Positions 1 through 14,400 of a stretch of 64,000 nt of DNA are shown here, piece by piece; positions within the stretch are counted from its first letter, which is position 1, and each line of letters opens with the position of its first letter. The DNA is from Eledone cirrhosa (lineage: Eukaryota), in contig OZ024741.1 in assembly GCA_964016885.1 (NCBI GenBank), positions 29,574,001 to 29,638,000 on the forward strand. The letters are read 5' to 3'. A program made the translations under genes and the position numbers. A model generated the notes under the pieces. That model was not told the origin of the DNA and did not search any database. It saw only the letters and a list, made by a program, of their open reading frames with translations.

Positions 1-1245
1 ACATAACCTAAAAATTGAATTTGATAATAGTATCAAACTAGCTAATTTCTTGGATGTATCTCTTAATCTTGACACTGGCCTATATTACCCTTACCATAAA
101 AACAATGAGAACCTAAATTATGTTAACTTTAAATCTAACCATCCTACCAATATCAAGAATGCTATAGTTAGTAATATTGGAAAAAGAATATCTAACATAT
201 CTTCTAATAAAAACATCTTTGATGCTAACGCCAATTACTATAATAACGCACTTTCTAAAGCTGGCTATCCAGATAAAATCAAATATAGTAAAGAAACAAA
301 TTCTAGAAAAACTTACAGTAGAATAATTAATCATGATCATTCCAATAATTTTAATAAAAGACCTAGATACAAAAACATAATCTGGTATAATGCTCCTTTC
401 TCCATCTCTATTAATAACAATATTCCTAAATTATTTTTTAGTGCCTTAAATAAATGCTTCCCTCCCTCACATATCTATAGTAAAATATTTAACAAACACA
501 CCATCAAATTTTCGTATTCTACATCCCCCAATATTTCCAACATCATCTCTAAACACAACAATAAAATACTAAATACTAAATCTCTTCCTTTCAACATTGA
601 ATTTCATAATAACAGTAATAGTACTGCCGACGTCATTGTAAACCCTAGGCTAACTTCTGTAAACCCAAATACAACGTCAAACACAACTTCGCTAAATGTT
701 CATAATCCAACTCTAAATCAAGAAACTATTATTCCTATTATTCCTATCGCAAACAACTTCTCCAATCCAATTCCTTCTATAGATAACACTAGGTCACTCA
801 TTAATAATCTCTCTAATTGCAACTGCCGCATTAAAAATAAATATCCTCTCAACAACCATTGTCTTGATAAAAACTTAATTTATGAATGTAAAGTTATAAC
901 TAGCACCAATTCCTTCACCTATTTTGGCTCCACTTCCACCTCTTTTAAAGCTCGTCTCTATAATCACCATTCATCTTTCAAATACAAACTTAAAAGAACC
1001 AACAGGCTCTCTCAGAACTCATATGGTCCTTGAAAGACAAAAACATTAAATATACCATCTTTTGGAAGAAGGTTTCTTCTGCATCCTCATACTTGAACAG
1101 CTCTCTGTCTAAAATCTGTAATCTCTGCCTAAATGAAAAATTTACCATTATCTCTAATCTAGATTCTATAATAAATAGACGTACAGATTTGTTTTCTATC
1201 TGCCTGCATAAATTCCATAGGACTTTTCACAAAGTATACAGTTAA
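1..1245 (+). mobile_element. Penelope-like element (tentatively Naiad-type): RT thumb, linker and GIY-YIG endonuclease, with a frameshift near 993; 5' part lies outside the window
   Basis: ORF 50-1033 has the thumb motif YYPYHK..NYVNFKSNHP, a CxCx5(C>Y)x5C linker CNCRIKNKYPLNNHC and GIY-YIG IYECKV..TYFGST..FKARLYNH. It continues in another frame (..LSELIWSLKDK..CNLCLNEK, stop at 1245). Confidence 0.85.
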
Positions 1246-2390
1246 TATTCAATTCTTTATCAATTTAGAATCTTTTCTCAAAGGCACATATACATACACC
1301 TCTTTAAAATATACCCATCTTCCTACCTTACTTTAAAGGGCATTATACACTCTATAATACTTGTTTACTCATTACCCTCTTTCTATCTTCACCTTCATAA
1401 CATATACATTTGTTTTTTTGACGTTAGAATATTCATCCGCAATTATTATTATTTTTTCTCTCTATCATAAAACTTTTTAATCTCAATTTCATCCTTAATT
1501 TATTATTATTATTATTATTATTATTTTTTTTTTCTCCCCATCAACGAACTCATTCTTAATACATATTAACTCGTTCTTCGCACATATTATCAATTCCTTC
1601 AATATACAAACTTTAACTTCACATTATTTTTCTCAAATCCTTCTAAACACAAACCTTAATAATTTTTTTTTCTCTTCGTTAATTTTGAAATTGCCACAAT
1701 ACTTATCAACATACACCTTTTTCACGTTAGAATATTCATCCACAATTATTATTTTTTTCTCTCTATCTTCATACATAAACTCCCTCTCTTTCCTCGCAAA
1801 TATTTTTCCCTTCGCTAATTTTCAAATTCTTTTAATTTATACATTATCTTCCAACGGTTCTCAACCTCTCTATGTGAAACAATATATCTTTTCTCAGTTA
1901 TAAAAACTATCTCTTTCTCTCTATCACCCATCTCTCCCTCTCCACCTTCACTCTCATCTCCCCCCCCCCCCTAAATAAAATATTTTTTCCTCGTACATAT
2001 CTTTCCCTTCCCTAATTTTCAAATTCTTTTAATTTATACATTATCTTCCAACGGTTTTCAACCTCTCTATGTAAAACAATATATCTTCTCTCAGTTATAA
2101 AAACTATCTCTTTCTCTCTATCACCCATCTCTCCCTCTCATCTCCTTCCCTTTTTCATCCTTTCCCCCCCTCTCTGAATAAAATATTTTTCCCAATATCA
2201 CACATCAATCTAAAACCACTTTTCATATGTTGATTTAAAACTGCACTATCCACAAGTGTTTTTTAGCCTTCATATCATGTTCTCCTGTTTTATCTGATGA
2301 AAACACAAATATTATTGCATGATGATGTTTGTTTTTGAAATGCGCATAATAAAATACATGGAACTCCTTTAACCATCTTTTGATCTTATA
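1246..2390 (+). repeat. 3' UTR/pLTR of the PLE, with internal duplications, ending in (TA)n
   Basis: About 1800-1950 is repeated at about 2000-2140, and about 1405-1470 at about 1710-1770. An HHR and AATAAA lie near the end. Confidence 0.55.
2286..2357 (+). ncRNA. Type I hammerhead ribozyme
   Basis: TGTTTTAT-CTGATGA(2294-2300)-stem II-GAAA(2337-2340)-TGCGCA-TA-ATAAAATAC. Palindromic stem III; predicted cleavage after 2348. Confidence 0.85.
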
Positions 2391-2391
2391 T

Positions 2392-2552
<161 letters not shown>

Positions 2553-2784
2553 GTATGTATATATATATATATTTCGTTTCTGAATTTGTTTAGCAAGATT
2601 CTTTATCTGAAAACGTGTGTTGAAACCGATATTGTTATGCTTTGGGAGGGTCATGTTGCCAATAAGAAACACCCGCACCAGCTGCTTTCACTTAAATTTA
2701 TTATAAATTAAATTCATAAATTTAGGAATTTATAAATTTCCGGTTGGTTGGCTGGTTCCACAACCAGACGATTGTTCATATATT

Positions 2785-2827
2785 GTCAAAGTTCTTTCGT
2801 AACACATTATGTGACCTCTTCAGTGAC
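2785..2827 (-). ncRNA. Minimal type I hammerhead ribozyme
   Basis: Minus strand: GTCA-CTGAAGA-GGTCACATAATGTGTTAC-GAAA-GAAC-TT-TGAC. Confidence 0.65.
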
Positions 2828-2887
2828 TGAGGATTCTTTTCTTTGTTTTTTGTGCCTCTCCGTTGTTCTGTCCTACGCCATCTTGTT

Positions 2888-2973
<86 letters not shown>

Positions 2974-3010
2974 ATGTATATATATCTATATATCTATATA
3001 TATATATATG

Positions 3011-3125
<115 letters not shown>

Positions 3126-3272
3126 TCGTTGACAAATATATCAATGTGCCCAGAAGCGCAGATATATTGCCCTTGGTATGACAGTGTGGTTTTACCTCAA
3201 TGTAGGATAACTGGTATACTACAGAACCGTTATAGGTTTAGGAATAACCAAAGAGTGCTTAGAAATACATTG

Positions 3273-3333
3273 TTTTATTAGCTAATAGTGTTTCATCCGT
3301 ACCCTAAGGCAGGAATCATCAGAGCCTATAAAC
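3273..3333 (-). ncRNA. Hammerhead ribozyme motif (left arm)
   Basis: Minus strand: GTTTATAGGCT-CTGATGA-TTCCTGCCTTAGGGTACGGAT-GAAA-CACTA-TT-AGCTAATAAAAC. Confidence 0.65.
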
Positions 3334-4312
3334 AAGAGTATATCATTAGTTGCATGCTCCATCAAGCTGCGTCACCAGAACAAGGTTAAAGGGCCAGCAG
3401 GAGTAAATGCGGAGTTCTCTGTACACACTTTCTGTTTATGTGACGGAATAGCCATCACGATTTACATTTACAGCGGTATAATTGTATACGGTATGACAAT
3501 TTGTTTCGATGCCGATTCGGACTTACAGTGAATTTCACTTGGGATGTTGGGTTGACTGACCAAGCGTGAGGACTTTGGGAGATTGCAGTTTTTGCGGACC
3601 TGTCGTATTTTCAATTTCCTCAATGGAGTGCCAGCTGTACATATACCCTACTCATCGTACTTTATATTATTTTAGATTTTAGGGGTTTATCGCTGACTGC
3701 CTATCCGGATAAATCCCGGAGTATATGTTTTGGAAACATAGTGTTACTTCGCCTAACGCTCGGAACTGAAACCAATGGATGTTGTCCGTAGGGTTGTCCA
3801 ATGGATGTTGTCGGAGGATCGACCTGTTACAAGCTGATATAACCTTCCTGTAGACAATCCTACATGTAAAGCTGCACCACCGCTAACCAACAATCCTTCT
3901 CACAGACTCATACTTGCAAGATCTCTTAATCTGCCTGTACATCCTGTATTTACACTGGTTGTGCTTTGATGCATCTATGCTTTGATTTGTTTGTTTTTTT
4001 TTTGGTTTTTTGTTTCTGCGTTTTTGATTGTTTTTTTTTAATTGTTTTTGATCATGATGAGTAACAAGTTCACTCATTCCTTACTACCCTCTCCCAACCT
4101 CCTTATCTTCTATTGCACTATGTAAATGATAAATTTTTGATGTGATCTTTGATGTAATTTTTTATGACATTTTTTATGACATTATATGACATTATATGCG
4201 TTATGTATTGTATTTTTTCTATATAGCGCTGGCCTCGGGACCCCACTGCTGGCCCGTTAACCTTGTTCTGGTGAGGCAGCTGGATGGAGCATGCAACTAT
4301 TGATACACTCTT

Positions 4313-4374
4313 GTTTATAGGCTCTGATGAATCCTGCCTTAGGATACGGATGAATCACTGTTAGCTAATAAAAC
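4313..4374 (+). ncRNA. Hammerhead motif with GAAA>GAAT core mutation (right arm)
   Basis: CTGATGA at 4324-4330, GAAT at 4352-4355, then CACTG-TT-AGCT. Confidence 0.6.
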
Positions 4375-4409
4375 GATGTATTTCTAAGCACTCTTTGGTT
4401 ATTCCTAAA

Positions 4410-4583
<174 letters not shown>

Positions 4584-4829
4584 CTATCTATATATATATC
4601 ATTGATATATATATATATATACGTATAACTTACGAATCCATTTGTTGCAGACGTAATATCGTGGGTATGAATTATTATAATCTGATAAATATTAGCTCTG
4701 TTTCTATATAGAGCACTAATTCTTCTTGTTGATATTTTCGCTACACATACACAAATATACACATATATATAAATACCCACCCTCACATCGGTGGTAAAAA
4801 AGAATCACTATTAGTAAGAAATATATCGA

Positions 4830-5190
4830 CCACATCAACTTACGCGATCCTAATCTTTGCTCTCAAATATAGGAAGTCGTCAACCAATTCTAGCGGCTCC
4901 CGCCTACATTAGTAATCTTCTCTGGCTTCTTAATATTCACTACCAGATACTTCGTCTTAATCTCATTCATTCTCAGCCCCACACTCATCGACACAGTCTC
5001 TACCTCCTGCATCAAATCCTCCACCTCTTTCACTGTGTTTCTCACCAGCAATGTGTCGTCGGCAAATTCAGCAGCCGATATCTCTTTTTGCCTTAGCTCT
5101 CCTGTACGAGTCTGAGGAAGACCTAGGTTAACATATGTTGATGTCCTAAGGGCAGACACCTGACGCTTGGAGATACTAGACATGTCAGCG
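4830..5190 (-). pseudogene. Degenerate non-LTR (RTE-like) RT fragment
   Basis: AEFADDTLLV..EVETVSMSVGLRMNEIKTKYL corresponds to the YADD and GLxIN..KT RT motifs. Confidence 0.7.
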
Positions 5191-5439
5191 ATAATGATGG
5201 TTAGAGTGCGCTGGAGAGAACTCGTCCATGATTCTCGGGAATTATACCCGCCCTAGATATATGTTCCAATATTCTTTTAATATATAAGTACAATTTATTA
5301 CGATATAAAATGTCCATTAGTAAGAAACAAAAGTATACAATATACATAGCAATAAGGAAACAAATAAAGGGGAGGAAAATAAGGAAGTTTGAGCAAAAGA
5401 ATTCAGCAAGGAAAGAAAGAGAAAGGTGGATAGACATAT

Positions 5440-8400
5440 TCCTCACGCCAGTAAGTGTGGTATACCTCACCCCAGTCTGTAGTATACCTCACCCCAGTCT
5501 GTGGTATATCTCACCCCAGACTGTGTGGTATACCTCACCTCAGCCTGTGGTATACTTCACCCCAGTCTGTTGTATACCTCACCCCAGACTGTGTGGTATA
5601 CCTCACCCCAGTCTGTGGTATACCTCACCCCAGTCTGTGGTATACCTCACCCCAGACTATGTGGTATACCTCACCCCAGCCTGTGGCATACCTCACCCCA
5701 GTCTGTGGTATACCTCACCCCAGGCTGTGGTATACCTCACCCCAGTCTGTGGTATACTTCACCCCAGTCTGTTGTATACCTCAGCCCAGCCTGTGGCATA
5801 CCTCACCCCAGTCTGTGGTGTACCTCACCCCAGCCTCTAGTATACCTCACCCCAGCCTGTGGTATACCTCACCCCAGTCTGTCATATACTTCACCCCAGG
5901 CTGTGTGGTATACCTCACCCCAGTCTATGGTATACCTCACCCCAGCCTGTGGTATACGCCACCACAGTCTGTGGTATACCTCACCCCAATCTGTAGTATA
6001 CATCACCCCAGTTTGTGGTATACTTCACCCCAGCCTGTGGTATACCTCACCTCAGTCTATGGTATACCTCACACCAGCCGGGGTGGACCACACGCCAGCC
6101 TGTAGTATACCTCACCTCAGCTTGTGGCGTACCTCACCCCAGTCTGTGGTATACATCACTCCAGTCTGTGGTATACCTAACCCCAGTCTGTGAAATACTT
6201 TACCCCAGGCTGTGGGGTATACCTCACCCCATCCTGTGGAATTCCTCACCCCAGTCAGTGGTATACCTCACCCCAGTCTGTGTGGTATACCTCACCCCAG
6301 TCTGTGGAGTTCCTCAGCCCAGTCAGTGGTATACCTCACGCCAGTCTGTGACATTCCTCACCCCAGCCTATGTGATATACCTCCTCCCAGTCTGTGGTAT
6401 ACCTCACTCCAGTCTGTGATATTCCTCACCCCATTCTGTGGTATAGCTCACCCCAGCCTATAGTATACCTCACCCCAGTCTTGGACATTCCTCACCCCAG
6501 TCTGATGTATACATCATCCCAGCTTCTGGCATACCTCACCCCAGCCTATGTGGTATACCTCACCCCAGTCTGTGATATACCTCACCCCAGTCTGTGGTAT
6601 ACCTCACCCCAGTTGGTGTGTATCTCACCCCAGCCTGTAGTATACCTCACCTAGGTTCGTAGCGTACCTCACCCCAGTCTGTCGTATGCCTCACCCCAGT
6701 CTATGGTATACCTCACACCAGTCTATGGTGTACATCACCCCAGTCTGTGGTGTACCTCACCCTGGCTTGTAGTATACCTCACCCCGGTCTGTGGTATAAT
6801 TCACCCCAGCCTGTGGTGTACCTCACCCCAGTCTGTGATATACTTCCCCCCAGGCTGTGAGAGTATACCTTACCCCAGTCTGTGACATTCCTTACCCCAT
6901 TCTGTGGTATACCTCACCCCAGTCTGTGTGGTATACCTCACCCCAGTCTGTGGAGTTCCTCACCCCAGTCAGTGGTATACCTCACGCCAGTCTGTGACAT
7001 TCCTCACCCCAGTCTATGTGATATACCTCCTCCCAGTCTGAGGTATACCTCACCCCAGTCTGTGATATACCTCACTCCAGTCTGTGGTATACCTCACCCC
7101 AGCTTGTGTGTATCTCACCCCAGCCTGGAGTATATCTCACCTAGGTTCGTGGCGTACCTCACCCCAGTCTGTGGTATACCTCACCCCAGTCTATGGTATA
7201 CCTCACACCAGTCTATGGTGTACCTCACCCCAGTCTGTGGTGTACCTCACCCTGGCCTGTATTATACCTCACCCAGGTCTGTGGTATACCTCACGCCAGT
7301 CTGTGACATTCCTCACCCTAGCCTATGTGATATACCTCCTAACAGTCTGTGGTATACCTCACCCCAGTCTGTGTCATTCCTCCCCCCAGCCTATGTGTTA
7401 TACCTCCTCCCAGTCTGTGGTATACCTCACTCCAGTCTGTGATATTCCTCACCTCATTCTGTGATATAGCTCACCCCAGCCTATAGTATACCTCACCCCA
7501 GTCTGGGACATTCCTCACCCCAGTCTGAGGTATACATCATCCCAGCTTGTGGCATACCTCACCCCAGCCTATGTGGTATACCTCACCCCAGTCTGTGATA
7601 TACCTCACCCCAGTCTGTGGTATACCTCACCCAAGCTGGTGTGTATCTCACCCCAGCCTGTAGTATACCTCATTTAGGTTCGTAGCGTACCTCACCCCAG
7701 TCTGTGGTATACCTCACCCCAGTCTATGGTATACCTCACACCAATCTATGGTGTACATCACCCCAGTCTGTGGTGGACCTCACCCTGGCTTGTAGTATAC
7801 CTCACCCCGGTCTGTGGTATAATTCACCCAAGCCTGTGGTGTACCTCACCCCAGTCTGTGATATAATTCACACCAGGCTGTGAGAGTATACCTTACTCCA
7901 GTCTGTGACATTCCTCACCCAATTCTGTGGTATACCTCACCCCAGTCTGTGTGGTATACCTCACCCCAGTCTGTGGAGTTCCTCACCCCAGTCATTGGTA
8001 TACCTCACGCCAGTTTGTGACATTCCTCACCCCAGTCTATGTGATATACCTCCTCCCAGTCTGTGGTATACCTCACACCAGTCTGTGACATTCCTCACCC
8101 CATTCTGTGGTATACCTCACCCCAGCATGTAGTATACCTCACCCCAGTCTGTGACATTCCTCACTCCAGTCTGAGGTATATTTCACCCCAGCCTGTGTGG
8201 TATACCTCACCCCAGTCTGTGGTATACCTTACCCCAGACTTTGGTATACCTCACCCCAGCCTATGTGGTATACCTCACCCCAGTCTGTGATATACCTCCC
8301 CCAGTCTATGATATACCTGACCCCAGACTGTGATATACCTCACCCTAGTCTGTGGTATACCACACCCCCATCTGTGGTATGCCTCAGCCCTGACTGTGAT

Positions 8401-11400
8401 ATACCTCACCCCAGTCTGTGGTATGCCTCACCCCAGTCTATGGTATACCTCACACCAGTCTATGGTGTACATCACCCCAGTCTGTGGTGTACCTCACCCT
8501 GGCTTGTAGTATACCTCACCCCGGTCTGTGGTATAATTCACCCCAGCCTGTGGTGTACCTCACCCCAGTCTGTGATATACTTCCCCCCAGGCTGTGAGAG
8601 TATACCTTACCCCAGTCTGTGACATTCCTTACCCCATTCTGTGGTATACCTCACCCCAGTCTGTGTGGTATACCTCACCCCAGTCTGTGTGGTATACCTC
8701 ACCCCAGTCTGTGGTATACCTCACCCCAGTCTGTGGTATACCTCACCCCAGTCTGTGTGGTATACCTCACCCCAGTCTGTGGTATACCTCACCCCAGTCT
8801 GTGGTATACCTCACCCCATTCAGTGGTATACCTCACCCCAGTCTGTGTGGTATACCTCACCCCAGTCTGTGGAGTTCCTCACCCCAGTCAGTGGTATACC
8901 TCACGCCAGTCTGTGACATTCCTCACCCCAGTCTATGTGATATACCTCCTCCCAGTCTGAGGTATACCTCACCCCAGTCTGTGATATACCTCACTCCAGT
9001 CTGTGGTATACCTCACACCAGCTTGTGTGTATCTCACCCCAGCCTGGAGTATATCTCACCTAGGTTCGTGGCGTACCTCACCCCAGTCTGTGGTATACCT
9101 CACCCCAGTCTATGGTATACCTCACACCAGTCTATGGTGTACCTCACCCCAGTCTGTGGTGTACCTCACCCTGGCCTGTATTATACCTCACCCAGGTCTG
9201 TGGTATACCTCACGCCAGTCTGTGACATTCCTCACCCTAGCCTATGTGATATACCTCCTAACAGTCTGTGGTATACCTCACCCCAGTCTGTGTCATTCCT
9301 CCCCCCAGCCTATGTGTTATACCTCCTCCCAGTCTGTGGTATACCTCACTCCAGTCTGTGATATTCCTCACCTCATTCTGTGATATAGCTCACCCCAGCC
9401 TATAGTATACCTCACCCCAGTCTGGGACATTCCTCACCCCAGTCTGAGGTATACATCATCCCAGCTTGTGGCATACCTCACCCCAGCCTATGTGGTATAC
9501 CTCACCCCAGTCTGTGATATACCTCACCCCAGTCTGTGGTATACCTCACCCAAGCTGGTGTGTATCTCACCCCAGCCTGTAGTATACCTCATTTAGGTTC
9601 GTAGCGTACCTCACCCCAGTCTGTGGTATACCTCACCCCAGTCTATGGTATACCTCACACCAATCTATGGTGTACATCACCCCAGTCTGTGGTGGACCTC
9701 ACCCTGGCTTGTAGTATACCTCACCCCGGTCTGTGGTATAATTCACCCAAGCCTGTGGTGTACCTCACCCCAGTCTGTGATATAATTCACACCAGGCTGT
9801 GAGAGTATACCTTACTCCAGTCTGTGACATTCCTCACCCAATTCTGTGGTATACCTCACCCCAGTCTGTGGAGTTCCTCACCCCAGTCATTGGTATACCT
9901 CACGCCAGTTTGTGACATTCCTCACCCCAGTCTGTGGCATACCTCACCCCAGCTTGTGTGTATCTCACCCCAGCCTGTAGTATATTTCACCTAGGTTCGT
10001 GGCGTACCTCACTCCAGTCTGTCGTATACCTCACCCCAGTCTATGGTATACCTCACACCAGTCTATGGTGTACCTCACCCCAGTCTGTGGTGTACCTCAC
10101 CCTGGCCTGTATTATACCTCACCCAGGTATGTGGTATACCTCACGCCAGTCTGTGACATTCCTCACCCCAGCTATGTGATATACCTCCTAACAGTCTGTA
10201 GTATACCTCACCCCAGTCTGTGACATTCCTCACCCCAGCCTAGGTGATATACCTCCTCCAAGTCTGTGGTATACCTCACCCCAGTCTGTGACATTCCTCA
10301 CCCCATTCTGTGGTATACCTCCCCCCAGCTTGTAGTATACCTCACCCCAGTCTGTGGTATACCTCACCCCAGTCTGTGACATTCCTCACCCCATTCTGTG
10401 GTATACCACCCCCCAGCTTGTAGTATACCTCACGCCAGCCTGTAGTATACCTCACCCAGCCTGTAGTATACCTCACCCCAGCCTGTGGTGTGCCTCAACC
10501 TAGCCTGTAGTATACCTCAACCGAGTATGTGGTATACCTCACGCCAGTCTGTGACATTCCTCACCCCAGTCTGTGGTATACCTCACGCCAGTCTGTGGTA
10601 TACCTCACGCCAGTCTGTGACATTCCTCACCCCAGTCTATGTGATATACCTCCTCCCAGTCTGTGGTATACCTCACCCCAGTCTGTGACATTCCTCACCC
10701 CATTCTGTGGTATACCTCACCCCAGCATGTAGTATACCTCACCCCAGTCTGTGACATTCCTCACTCCAGTCTGAGGTATATTTCACCCCAGCCTGTGTGG
10801 TATACCCCACCCCAGTCTGTGGTATACCTCACCCCAGTCTGTGGTATACCTTACCCCAGACTTTGGTATACCTCACCCCAGCCTATGTGGTATACCTCAC
10901 CCCAGTCTGTGATATACCTCCCCCAGTCTATGATATACCTGACCCCAGACTGTGATATACCTCACCCTAGTCTGTGGTATACCACACCCCCGTCTGTGGT
11001 ATGCCTCAGCCCTGACTGTGATATACCTCACTCCAGTCTGTGGTATACCTCAACCCCGTCTGTAATATACCTCATCCCGACTGTGATATACCTCACCCCA
11101 GTCTGTGATTCTGTGATATACCTTACCCCAGTCTGTGGTAGACTTCAACCCAGTCTGTGGTATACTTCACCCCAGCCTGTGATATACTTCACCCCAGGCT
11201 GTATGGTATACCTCACCTAATCTATGGTATACCTCACCCCAGTCTATGGTAGACCTCAGACCAGTCTGTGGCATACCCCAGCCAGTCTGTGGCATACCTC
11301 ATTCCAGTCTATGGTATGCCTCACACCAGTCCGTGGTATATCTTACTTCAGTCTTTGGTATACCTCACCCCAATTTGTGGTATACTTCACCTCAGTCTAT

Positions 11401-14400
11401 GGTATACCTCACCCCAGTCTGTGATATACCTCACATCAGTCTGTGGTATACCTCACCCCAGTCTGTGATATACCTCACATCAGTCTGTGGTATACCTCAC
11501 CCCAGTCTGTGATATACCTCACATCAGTCTGTGGTATACCGCACCCCAGTATGTGATATACTTCACCACAGGTTGTGGTATACCGTACCCCAGTCGGTGA
11601 TATACTTCACCACAGGCTGTGGTATACCGCACCCCAGTCTGTGATATACTTCGCCACTGGTTGTGGTATACCGCACCCCAGTCTGTGGTATACCTCACAT
11701 CAGTCTGTCGTATACCTCAACCCAGTATGTGGTATACCTCACCTCAGTCTGTGGGGTACCTCACCCCAGTATGTGGTATTTCTCAACCCAGTCTGTGGTA
11801 TACCTCACCCCAGTCTGTGATATACCTCACCCCAATCTGTGGTATACCACACAGCCGTCTGTGGTATACCTAAGCCCTCTCTGTGATATACCTCAGCCCA
11901 GTCTGTGGCATTCCTCACCCCAGTCAGTGGTATACCTCACGCCAGTCTGTGACATTCCTCACCCCAGCCTATGTGATATACCTCCCCCCAGTCTGTGGTA
12001 TACCTCACCCCAGTCTGTGATATTCCTCACCCCATTCTGTGGTATAGCTCACCCCAGCCTATAGTATACCTCACCCCAGTCTGTGATATACCTCACCCCA
12101 ATCTGTGGTATACATCATCCCAGCTTGTGGCATACCTCACCCCAGCCTATGTGGTATACCACACCCCAGTCTGTGATATACCTCAGCCCAGTCTGTGGTA
12201 TACCTCACCTCAGCTGGTGTGTATCTCACCCCCCCTGTAGTATACCTCACCTAGGTTCGTGGCGTACCTCACCCCAGTCTGTGGTATACCTCACCCCAGT
12301 CTATGGTATAACTCACACCAGTCTATGGTGTACCTCACCCCAGTCTGTGGTGTACCTCACCCTGGCTTGTAGTATACCTCACCCCGGTTGGTGGTATAAT
12401 TCACCCCAGCCTGTGGTGTACCTCACCCCAGTCTGTTACATTCCTCACCCCATTCTGTGGTATACCTCACCCCAGTCTGTGTGGTATACCTCACCCCAGT
12501 CTGTGGAGTTCCTCACCCCAGTCAATGGTATACCTCACGCCAGTCTGTGACATTCCTCACCCCAGTCTATGTGATATACCTCCTCCCAGTCTGAGGTATA
12601 CATCACCCCAGCCTGTGGCATACCTCACCCCAGCCTGTCTGGTATACCTCACCCCAGTCTGTGATATACCTCACCCCAAAATGTGGTATACCTCACCCCA
12701 GCTTGTGTGTATCTCACCCCAGCCTGTAGTATATCTCACCCCAGTCTATGGTATAACTCACACCAGTCTATGGTATACCTCACCCCAGTCTATGGTATAA
12801 CTCACACCAGTCTATGGTATACCTCACCCCAGTCTATGGTATAACTCACACCAGTCTATGGTATACCTCACCCCAGTCTATGGTATAACTCACACCAGTC
12901 TATGGTATACCTCACCCCAGTCTATGGTATAACTCACACCAGTCTATGGTATACCTCACCCAAGTCTATGGTATAACTCACACCAGTCTATGGTATACCT
13001 CACCCCAGTCTATGGTATAACTCACACCAGTCTATGGTATACCTCACCCCAGTCTATGGTATAACTCACACCAGTCTATGGTGTACCTCACCCCAGTCTG
13101 TGGTGTACCACACCCTGGCCTGTATTATACCTCACCCAGGTCTGTGGTATAATTCACCCCAGTCTGTGGTGTACCTCACCCCAGTCTGTGATATACTTCA
13201 CCCCAGGCTGTGGAGTATACCTCACCCCAGTCTATGGTATACCTCACACTAGTCTATGGTGTACCTCACCCCAGTCTGTGGTGTACCTCACCCTGGCCTG
13301 TATTATACCTCACCCAGGTCTGTGGTATAATTCAACCCAGTCTGTGACATTCCTCACCCCATTCTGTGGTATACATCACCCCAGTCTGTGGCATTCCTCA
13401 CCCCAGTCTGTGGTATACCTCACGCCAGTCTGTGACATTCCTCACCCCAGTCTGTGGTATACCTCACCCCCAGTCTGTGGTATACCTCACGCCAGTCTGT
13501 GGTATACCTCACCCCCAGTCTGTGGCATTCCTCACCCCAGTCTGTGGTATACCTCACGCCATTCTGTGACATTCCTCACCCCAGTCTGTGCTATACCTCC
13601 TCCCAGTCTGTGGTATACGTCACCCCAGTCTGTGACATTCCTCACCCCAATCTGTGGTATACCTCACGCCAGTCTGTAGCATTCCTCACCCCAGTCTGTG
13701 ACATTCCTCACCCCAGTCTGTGGTATACCTCCTCCCAGTTTGTGGTATACCTCACCCCAGTCTGTGGCATTCCTCACCCCAGTCTGTGGTATACCTCAGC
13801 CCAGTCTGTGGTATACCTCACGCCAGTCTGTGATATTCCTCACCCCAGTCTATGTGATATACCTCCTCCCAGTTTGTGGTATACCACACCCCAGTCTGTG
13901 ACATTCCTCACCCCATTCTGTGGTATACCTCACCCCAGTCTGTAGTATACCTCACCCCAGTCTGTGACATTCCTCACCCCAGTCTGTGGTATACCTCACC
14001 CCAGTCTGTGGTATACCTCACGCCAGTCTGTGACATTCCTCACCCCAGTCTATGTGATATACCTCCTCCCAGTTTGTGGTATACCTCACCCCAGTCTGTG
14101 ACATTCCTCACCCCATTCTGTGGTAAACCTCACCCCAGTCTGTGGTATACCTCACGCCATTCTGTGACATTCCTCACCCCAGTCTGTGGTATACCTCCTC
14201 CCAGTTTGTGGTATACATCACCCCAGTCTGTGACGTTCCTCACCCCAGTCTGTGGTGTACCTCACGCCAGTCTGTGACATTCCTCACCCCAGTCTGTGGT
14301 ATACCTCACGCCAGTCTGTGACATTCCTCACCCCAGTCTATGTGATATACCTCCTCCCAGTTTGTAGTATACCTCACCCCAGTCTGTGACATTCCTCACC

